DNA from: Eledone cirrhosa
Lineage: Eukaryota
Assembly: GCA_964016885.1 (NCBI GenBank)
Contig: OZ024741.1
Coordinates: 84,010,001-84,074,000, forward strand
Direction: 5' to 3'
Length of the DNA: 64,000 nucleotides
Under the pieces are notes generated by a model, which searched no databases, had not been told where the DNA came from, and saw only the letters and a list, made by a program, of their open reading frames with translations. Shown piece after piece: positions 55,195 to 64,000 of the stretch. Within the stretch, counting starts at the first letter, position 1, and each line of letters begins with the position of its first letter. Both the position numbers and the translations under genes were made by a program.

Positions 55195-55526
55195 TGGTAT
55201 GGCCCACCGTACTATATTGAAATGATGTAGAATAAAGATATATTTTAAGTATAACTTCATACTTCTCTCAATATATATTGAAATGTATGTAGAATACAGA
55301 TATATTTTAAGTATAACTCCATACTTCTCTCAATATATATATATATATTATATATATAACAAAGGAACTGTGGTAAGGAACCAGATGGACCATAACGCAC
55401 CAGAGTACTCAATACTTAGGGTAGTAGAGTGGGAAATAGGAATATATATATTGAGAGAAGTACCAAGTTATACTTAAAATATATCTTTATTCTACATACA
55501 TTTCAATATAGAGCGGTGGGCCATAC
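55195..55526. repeat. Inverted repeat with internal tandem duplication enclosing a PLE pLTR fragment (55358-55442)
   Basis: ggtatggcccaccg..tatattgaaatg..tacttctctcaatatat and its reverse complement at 55443-55526. Confidence 0.8.
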
Positions 55527-55769
55527 CATAACGTTTTTCTTCTTGATTTGTTTTAAATTAAGATTGTATTACTTTTCCCACATCTTACATTAAAAATGTT
55601 TTCATCTTGATGGTATAGTCACTTATATGTCTGAATCATTGTTGGCAGTTTGCTTACATTAATTTCTTTATTTTCACTTATATATATATATTAAGGAACG
55701 ATCGACTTTCGTCAAATCGGACCGAGGAAACAATGTTTCTGTTGGTCTTTCCAATTGCTAATACTATCT

Positions 55770-55843
55770 ATCGGTCGCAACTCCAGATAGAAGGAGCAAC
55801 GGGAAATAAAGTGTCTTGTTCAAGGACATAACGCAGCGCCCGG
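55770..55843 (-). mobile_element. SINE fragment
   Basis: aagtgtcttgttcaaggacataacgc, a common SINE core motif. Confidence 0.5.
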
Positions 55844-55866
55844 TATATATATATATATATATATAG

Positions 55867-56013
<147 letters not shown>

Positions 56014-56089
56014 TTTAGAGAAGTACGAAGTAATACTTAAAATCTATCTTTATTCTACACATATTTATATATATATATACATATATGCA

Positions 56090-56180
<91 letters not shown>

Positions 56181-56488
56181 ATGTGTGTGTGTGTGTATGT
56201 GTGTGTGTGTGTGTGTGTGTATCAATGTATATGGATGAATATATATATATATATATAATATTTATTTCATTTATTTATTCAGTGTACTATAAGTAGATTT
56301 CTTAAACCAAGATATTTAAATCTAATCATAATACTCCTCTTTTTGCATATTCTTTATATTCTTTACTAAATGTTATTCTTATTCACACTTTATTTGTATA
56401 CCTTGCTTTTGTACATATCTGTGTGTATCGTTGTAGTTGTATGTTCCCCTGTGTGTGTTTAGGTGTCTTTGTATTTGAGTAAATATAT

Positions 56489-56616
<128 letters not shown>

Positions 56617-57043
56617 ATATAGGAAATCAAGATGAAAACTTTTTTGTATTTCGGAAGAATCAAAGAACTGAATGATTCAATTATTTGCAGTTATTGACAT
56701 TTCGATACACTTCTGATCACATTGCACTGGAATACTGATTTGAGTGGCGTTTCTATATATGCGTGGTACGGGAAGTAAAAATACATAAATATAAAAATAT
56801 CTCTTTTAAAATCGTATGACATGGTAGGGTTGAAGTGAAGCCATAATGTACATTTAAACCTGAAAACAGAGAGATAGATAGAGAGGAAGTGAGAACGAGA
56901 TATATGACATATAGATAAAGAAACGACCTCAGTATGGGACTGGTACTGTTTTATTGACGTCGAAAGAATGAAAAGCAAAGTTAACATCAGGATACTTGTA
57001 TTCAGAGAGACAGAATGTATCAATGTCTGCCTAATAGTTGCAA

Positions 57044-57106
<63 letters not shown>

Positions 57107-57109
<3 letters not shown>

Positions 57110-57308
57110 CAAGAAGGTGTGATAAGAAACCAGGTGGACCATAACGCAGCAGAGTACTCGATACTTAGGGTAGGTAGTAGAGTGGGTAATAGGAAAAGAG
57201 TCAGGACCCCGACGGCTGAGCTCCCACCGTTTCGACAGCTAGATCCGAGTTCAAATCTAGCTATCGAAACCACCGGAGCTCAACACTCGGGACCTGACTT
57301 GTTTCCTA
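57107..57308 (-). mobile_element. PLE pLTR fragment folded back at hammerhead helix II
   Basis: Same family as 11662-11836; 57189-57245 is inverted at 57256-57308 around the hairpin gacagctagat/atctagctatc. Confidence 0.7.
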
Positions 57309-57373
57309 TATATACATATATATATAGAATGGAAAACGAAAAATCAGTGATGCATCGGAACTCAATTTATTGT

Positions 57374-57461
57374 GTGTTACAATTGTTTCCCCGACGAACA
57401 ACTCGAGGTGCGATCTGTGTGTGGATCGATCTGACTCTGTATTCAGAGGTTCCTCGGACAC
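57374..57461 (-). ncRNA. Type I hammerhead with CCGAGGA core and ~60-nt helix II region (element ~57322-57665; partial copy at 62455-62548)
   Basis: gtgt-CCGAGGA-acc..ggg-GAAA-caattg-TA-acac. Confidence 0.65.
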
Positions 57462-57916
57462 GTCTATTGATTTCGGAGCATAACCTCTTTCTGGGGTTTC
57501 TGACCCTACGGGTCTATATCGTCCCCCCTCATCCTCTTTGTGCGTCCTTGGGTTGGTCACTGGTTAGTGACGTCATCATAATTCTGACCACTGGTAGCAG
57601 CCCGCTGACCGTCACCCACTGTCCCGTCGGTAAAATTACTGCATTGTTTGCCAGCTAACACTCCTACGCGCACACACCCACAAGCACACCGATACATACA
57701 GAGTAGCTTGTGTGCTTACGTTCACACATGTACGCACAGAAGCACACACATACACGCACCTGTATACACACACACGTACACATGCGTACATATATATACA
57801 TATACACGCACATACATATATATATATATATACATACATACACATACATACACACATACGCACACCTGCACATGTATATATATACATACACATACATATA
57901 TATGTATATATACATG

Positions 57917-57952
<36 letters not shown>

Positions 57953-57955
<3 letters not shown>

Positions 57956-58620
57956 GTAGTTACACAACAGTTAGTTCACCATACCGAGAACAATTGTTTC
58001 ACCTGAGCGGATCTTCAGCTCGGAATGGGCATGGTTATAGGAATAGGAAGGACAACCGTACGAACTAGAGTACGAACCGTACGAACTAGAGTACGAACCG
58101 TACGAACACTATTCCGTAATCTCTTTAGAATAGTTATTCGTTCTTCAATACATAAGCCATACGTCGGATTTCCCCTTAAGTATGACTTGGAGTTAGTGAT
58201 GGCTTTCCATTGAATGGAGTAGTCTATACTTGAGTCGTTGACGGACCATACCTGGCTCGCGAGTTTTGTGGATGAACGTCTATCCGGGTATCTGAAGGTA
58301 GACTGGTGGTTCAGGAAACGCTCCTTGAATCCGCCCTCCGCCATGCCCACATAGGATTTGACCTCCTGTGGTTCATTTGGTCGGTTGGAATTGACCACAG
58401 CTTCATAGATTACAGCTGGTGTGTTGCATTGCTGTTGAAGGGGGCAGGCTTCAGGCTTACGGCAAGAGCACCCTGGTTGGGGTGTTGCTCCTAGGGCTGC
58501 TGGTGATGTGGGCCTTCATGTACTTAGCGCAGGAGTATCCTAGTTTAACTTTGTGTCGGTTAAAGATGGAGCGGTATTTATGACCTATGTGGAAGTTTCT
58601 ATCTAAGAGGGGTAGAAATG
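57953..58620 (-). mobile_element. PLE-4: 3' fragment (GIY-YIG + pLTR)
   Basis: [52 protein letters not shown]; flanked by (TA)n. Confidence 0.88.
57984..58023 (-). ncRNA. Minimal type I hammerhead ribozyme (canonical core)
   Basis: ccgag-CTGAAGA-tccgctcaggt-GAAA-caattg-TT-ctcgg. Confidence 0.88.
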
Positions 58621-58674
58621 TCATGTGTGTGTAGATGTGTGTACATATATACATATGTGTAAGAGTATATGTGC

Positions 58675-58753
<79 letters not shown>

Positions 58754-58757
58754 TAAA

Positions 58758-59314
58758 TACACATATGTGTGTTTGAACAATTAAAATAGAAGTCCAGATG
58801 TGGGTAGAGAGTTAGTTCAAGGTTTTAAGATCGTTTCACAGTGTCGTTTGAACGATGAACATATATACATACCTTTACATATTTTTCCTCTACACGTGTG
58901 CATACACACACACTCGCACATATACTCTTACACTGTATATATATACTGTATATATGTACACACATCTATATACAGATGAAAGAAGTATGTAAAAAATACA
59001 TATAAGAAAGGCATCTAACGATACACATTGGGTTGTACATGAAGAATTACACCATGAAAAATTGCACGTGCTGACAGAGTTGTTATTATGTTGCCAACGT
59101 GGATTATTCCACGTATAGAAACGCCAAGCAAGGCTACATATGGGGAGTTCATGGTATTAATGTAAAGGGTATGCCCATACCGTATATAGAAACTGCATGC
59201 AGAATATATTAAAAAATGTATACATCCGATGAGCCCTCTGGGTGAAAAAGGTGTAAGAGCTATATAAAGCTATATTTCAACGGTTTGTAAATCTTTCATT
59301 CACACATTCTTTTG

Positions 59315-59365
<51 letters not shown>

Positions 59366-59472
59366 GAATACATATATGTGTGTTTGAACAATTAAAATAG
59401 AAGTCCAGATGTGGGTAGAGTGTTAGTTCAACGTTTTACGATCGTTTCACAGTGTCGTTGGAACGATGAACA
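58758..59472 (-). mobile_element. Two copies of a PLE-type end fragment (58758-58862, 59369-59472), each with a hammerhead 3' half
   Basis: Direct repeat catatgtgtgtttgaacaattaaaatagaagtccagatg..; minus strand GAAA-CGATCG-TA; both follow (TA)n. Confidence 0.6.
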
Positions 59473-59779
59473 TCGATGTATCCACTCCATTGGTAATAAG
59501 CTAATACATATTTCTAGTCTGGAAAACCCTGATTAATCGGCCGTCCTCCTCATGTATCTGAATATATATAAATACATGCAAAAAGTAAAAGGAAATGACA
59601 AAGCAAACAATACAGTAAAGTATAGAAATAAATTAGTTTAACGCTTGATATAATAGGAAAAGTGTCTTCACATTACGAACACTAATCCATTATCAGAAGA
59701 TAGAATGAAAAATTAATGAAATAGAAAGGTAAAGAGTGAGAATAGGAAGGAACAGAGAGCCATATATATATGTATATAT

Positions 59780-59854
<75 letters not shown>

Positions 59855-59860
<6 letters not shown>

Positions 59861-60430
59861 TAAGAGGAATTCCAACTTTGTCTGATTTACTCGTTTTATT
59901 TACAATCCTTTAAAATTTATAATGGTATTATAATGAAATAGTATGATAGAATATTAAATGTTAAGTGCTAATTGAACAAGTACGTTCATGCTTTCGCAAT
60001 CTTCAGGTTCATAATGTGTGGTGACAGTCAAGTTTGCAATTTTCAACTGTTATGAGATGGGTAAATTTTGTACCTTATATACAGTGAAAAGTGGCTCCAG
60101 AATGCTAAATCTTGCAAACTGTATTTCGACCAATCGGCGTGTAGTTTCACTGAATTACTAAAGCTGATTGGTTTAAGCGTCACGGTTGGTTGAATATGTT
60201 TAACGACCAATAATTGATCCTATCCAAAGCATCAATTGTTTTGCTATTTTTAGAAATGATGAAAATAGCATTTTCTAGTAATCATCACCATCAACATACT
60301 TTATTATTATTATTATTGTTGTTGTTGCTGTTAGTGGTCGTAGTCGACATGGTCGTAGTCATAGTCATAGTAGAAGTAATACCCCTAAGCGTTATTATTG
60401 TCCATTTAGCTTGGGTTTGAATTTATCAAC
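59855..60430 (-). mobile_element. Inverted pLTR of PLE-5 (hammerhead at 59973-60011)
   Basis: Reverse complement of ~61411-61987; follows (TA)n. Confidence 0.92.
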
Positions 60431-61990
60431 AGAATCTCTAGATACTCTGGATGAGTTCAATATCCTCCTGAATAACCTACACCCCACTCCAATTCACAAA
60501 AGAGATGAGTAGGACCAAATTACCATTCCTAGATATAATGATAATCAAAAACGACACCACCATTACCACGGATATATATTATAAACACACAGACACCCAT
60601 CAATATCTGAATTTTAAGTCGTGCCATCCACCTCATACAAAACGCAACATCCCATACTGCCTATCCAGAAGAATTTGTACCATTGTAGAAGATACGAATA
60701 CCAGGTACAAACGCCTAACAGAACTAAGAGAATTTTTGCTCAAACAAAAATACCCATCTCTACTTATAGAAAATGGCATACAGCGGGCTATAAAAATACC
60801 TATACAACAACTTAGGACAACCCAAGGAAGAAGAAACCAAGAACTGGTCATACCATTTATAATGACACACAACCCATGTCACCAGAATATCTTCAACACT
60901 GCCAAAGCAAACCTACCGATCATTGCTCAAAGTAATGAATTAAAAGGCTTAATCACAGATCGATCTTTGACTCTTAGTAAAAGACAGCCAAACAATTTGA
61001 AGCAATTACTAACAAAAGCAAAGTTTGACCTTAACAACAAAGACCAATCATTGACTGTATCTAAATGCAATGATAGTCGATGCGGCATATGTCAATCCAT
61101 ACACGCCGGTCAATATATGAAAACAAAGACTGGAAAAATATTCCCAAATGCAAATATAACTGCAAAAGCAGAAATCTAATTTACTGCATTAAATGCCCGA
61201 ATTGTGAAGAACTATATGTCGGTCAAACTGGAAATGCACTATCGGAACGTACACGGGTACACCGTCAGCAAATCAGAGACCCAAATGTCTGTCAGATACC
61301 CCTAAGTAACCATCTAGCAACATGTGGTCAGGAAATATTTATAATATTCCCATTCTACAAATTACACAGCCCAAGTGAAATCAAGACAAAAATCAAAGAA
61401 AAGAATGTTATTGATAAATTCGCACCCAAGCTAAATGAACAATAATAACACTTAGGGGTATTACTTCAAATATGACTATGACTACGACCATGTCGACTAC
61501 GACCATTAAAAACAACAACAACAATAATAATAATAATAAAAGTGATGTTGATGGTGATGATTACTAGAAAATGCTATTTTCATCATTTCTAAACATAGCA
61601 AAACAATTGATGCTTTGGATAGGATCAATTATTGGTCGTTAAACATGTTCAACCAACCGTGACGCTTAAACCAATCAGCTTTAGTAATTCAGTAAAACTA
61701 CACACCGATTGGTCGAAATACAGTTTGCAAGATTTAGCATTCTGGAGCCACTTTTCACTGTATATAAGGTACAAAATTTACCCATCTCATTACAGTTGAA
61801 AATTGCAAACTTGACTGTCACCACACATTATGAACCGGAAGATTGCGAAAGGATGAAAGTACTTGTTCAATTAACACTTAACATTTAATAACCTATCATA
61901 CTATTTCATTATAATACCATTATAAATTTTAAAGGATTGTAAATAAAACGAGTAAATCAGACAAAGTTGGAATTCCTCTTATTAATATAA
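60431..61990 (+). mobile_element. PLE-5: 5'-truncated Penelope-like element (RT thumb, GIY-YIG, pLTR with hammerhead at 61831-61869)
   Basis: LPFLD, YYKHTDTHQYL..SCHP.HTKRNIPY, KCNDSRCGIC, NLIYCIKCPNC..YVGQT..R..H; one frameshift near 61140. Confidence 0.92.
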
Positions 61991-62029
61991 TCTTCTATAC
62001 ACAATCATACACACCCGTGTATATTTATC

Positions 62030-62091
<62 letters not shown>

Positions 62092-62098
<7 letters not shown>

Positions 62099-62310
62099 GT
62101 GAGGTTTCTTTTACAAAATGAAAAATAACCGAGGTGTCCTACACGAGTGAAAGTATAAAGAAAAAAAGATGAAATCGAAAATGCAACCGGAGTCTTATTT
62201 CTTTTTTAAATATATATATTTATTTGGTTCCTTTACCGGTTTCGTAGTTCTTCTGCTTTTCAAAAGGTGAGTTGAGATGGAGGGTCTGTGGTTTTTCTCA
62301 CATCAGATGT
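62092..62310 (-). mobile_element. PLE-1 family pLTR fragment with U3-A8 hammerhead (62230-62267)
   Basis: Matches the reverse complement of 9865-10080; cctt-TTGAAAA-gcag..ctac-GAAA-ccgg-TA-aagg. Confidence 0.8.
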
Positions 62311-62400
62311 GATAAAAACCTGATTAGACAACTTTGTTCTCATTAGTTAGAACACTTTTCGTGAAAACAAGAGGTTCGTTATGTTGGCGCATACATCTCG

Positions 62401-62449
<49 letters not shown>

Positions 62450-62607
62450 ATATATTTAGAACAGAAAACGAAAAGCCAGTGGTGCATCTGAACTCAGTTT
62501 ATTGTGTGTTACAATTCTTTCGCCGGCGGACAGCTCGAGACGCGATCATTAAGAGCATAGAGTGTTCAACCGACATACCACATATGGAAGCATCTTAGCT
62601 ACCATCA

Positions 62608-62651
<44 letters not shown>

Positions 62652-62654
62652 TAC

Positions 62655-62700
<46 letters not shown>

Positions 62701-62723
62701 ATAATAATAATAATAATAATAAT

Positions 62724-64000
62724 GATTTCATTTATTGGCCACAAGGGCCGACATATAAGGGACAATACGAAAGACTGGGACAGTGGGGTTTTACAGATAA
62801 ATCGAGTAAACAATATGAATAACAATAACAAAGCAACAATAACAAAGTAACAATAAAGTAACAATAAAATTACAAGAAAAATTCCCCAATAGGGGGGATG
62901 ACCACCCAGGGTTCGCTCAGGTACCCCACCAATCCTGAACGACCCGACGCTTCGAGAGCACCCTGGAAGAGCACCCCTCTCCTCCTCAAATTTACCTACC
63001 TACAGCCGCATGACCAGCGTAGGCCCACTCACACGGGCCATTCTCGCCACATTCACCCCCCTTTCAGCAAATGTACTGGGGGGAAGCACTTCTCTCTCCA
63101 CCCTCACCTTCCTTTCCAAGTAAAACTTGAAAGAGTTGATGAGGGATTGGCCGAAGAGAAAAGTGTCTGTCTTCAGTCCTTTCAACCTCGTCCACCATAC
63201 AACCTCTTTCGCTACTGCCACCAGACAAAGGAAAATTGCCTGTCCTTCCTGGCCAAAAGAAGGCGGCGGGTCGATCTTCACTATGGACTCATCCGATAGC
63301 CGGATCCGTTCTACACGCGACAACAGCTGTTCAACATAGCTCCACAAGTCAGTAATGCACGGACACTGGACGAGTGCTTGCAGAACGGTTTCGTTGCTCT
63401 GCGTGCATCTCGGGCAGATCCGTCTGACAGCACTTCCGTGCCTGTAGAGTTTACCTCGAACCGGCAGTGCTCCCCGGTAGCACTGCCAAGCGAGGGATTT
63501 TTGGAAAGTATCCATCGTCCCCGGCTCGAAAGTCCTCCGATACAGACTGGTTAGTTCGAGTTCTTTGATTCCCAGAGCCTCTCCAAATGCGTTGTCGCAC
63601 TTCCCACCATTAATCCTCTATAGAACTCGAGAGTGGAAGTTCCACTGACCGCATTGCCCGCCTGGTAGAGGGCAGTGAGTGCCTGGCAACATTCCAGATG
63701 TCAGTCCCCCAGCCAGTCTCAGTCTCTTCTTGACCCAGGACTGCAGCTCCGTCCATGAAACGAGCTGCGGAAAGGCCCGTCTTACAAACGGCGACCACAC
63801 CTGTTCACCGTTTAGGCAGAATATCAGGAGATGCCGCAGCCTCAGCGCGTGTCTGCGCATCATTAGCCACGGCATGCCCAGCCCTCCACGTAGAGGGCGC
63901 TGGCAGCAGATGGACCGCCTCACCAGCAGAACCTGACCCCTCCACAAGAATTTGACCACCGAGCAGGTGCCGCTGTGCATTGCAGAGATCCAGCTTCTGA
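62724..64000 (-). mobile_element. Tx1 LINE 3' portion (Tx1-C), frameshifted, continues beyond the window; (ATT)n at the 3' end
   Basis: FQKSLAWQCYRGALPVR, CPRC, GGLGMPWLMMRRHALRL; AATAAA then (ATT)n at 62701-62723. Confidence 0.92.

Noticed and set aside
59221-59255. Hammerhead-like tacat-CCGATGA-gccc(tct)gggt-GAAA
   Set aside because: Helix III and the UH site are missing; at best a decayed copy

Overview
AT-rich animal genomic DNA, most likely an octopod cephalopod (inferred from the tRNA-derived SINE and the microsatellite/LINE repertoire). No host protein-coding exon could be supported. The window is a retroelement-dense landscape built on microsatellites. It contains one intact full-length Tx1/L1-clade LINE (38031-44070, minus) and two related 3' fragments, a near-full-length decayed R4/Dong element, a second R4-like family with a (CATA)n tail, a CRE fragment, several RTE elements (one 5'-inverted), five Penelope-like elements (PLEs) with many pLTR fragments, and about ten SINEs. 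Most short ORFs in the track are microsatellite or antisense artefacts. Main observations: (1) related Tx1 subfamilies sit in different microsatellites, (ATT)n versus (ATCT)n, and share two covarying 3'UTR hairpins; (2) PLE ends carry many minimal type I hammerhead ribozymes, including U3-A8 and CCGANGA core variants and two with very long helix II; (3) PLE truncation and inversion junctions repeatedly fall in hammerhead helices, and (TA)n-centred fold-back palindromes are common. Family assignments come from motif recognition only; no database searches were run, and element boundaries are approximate.
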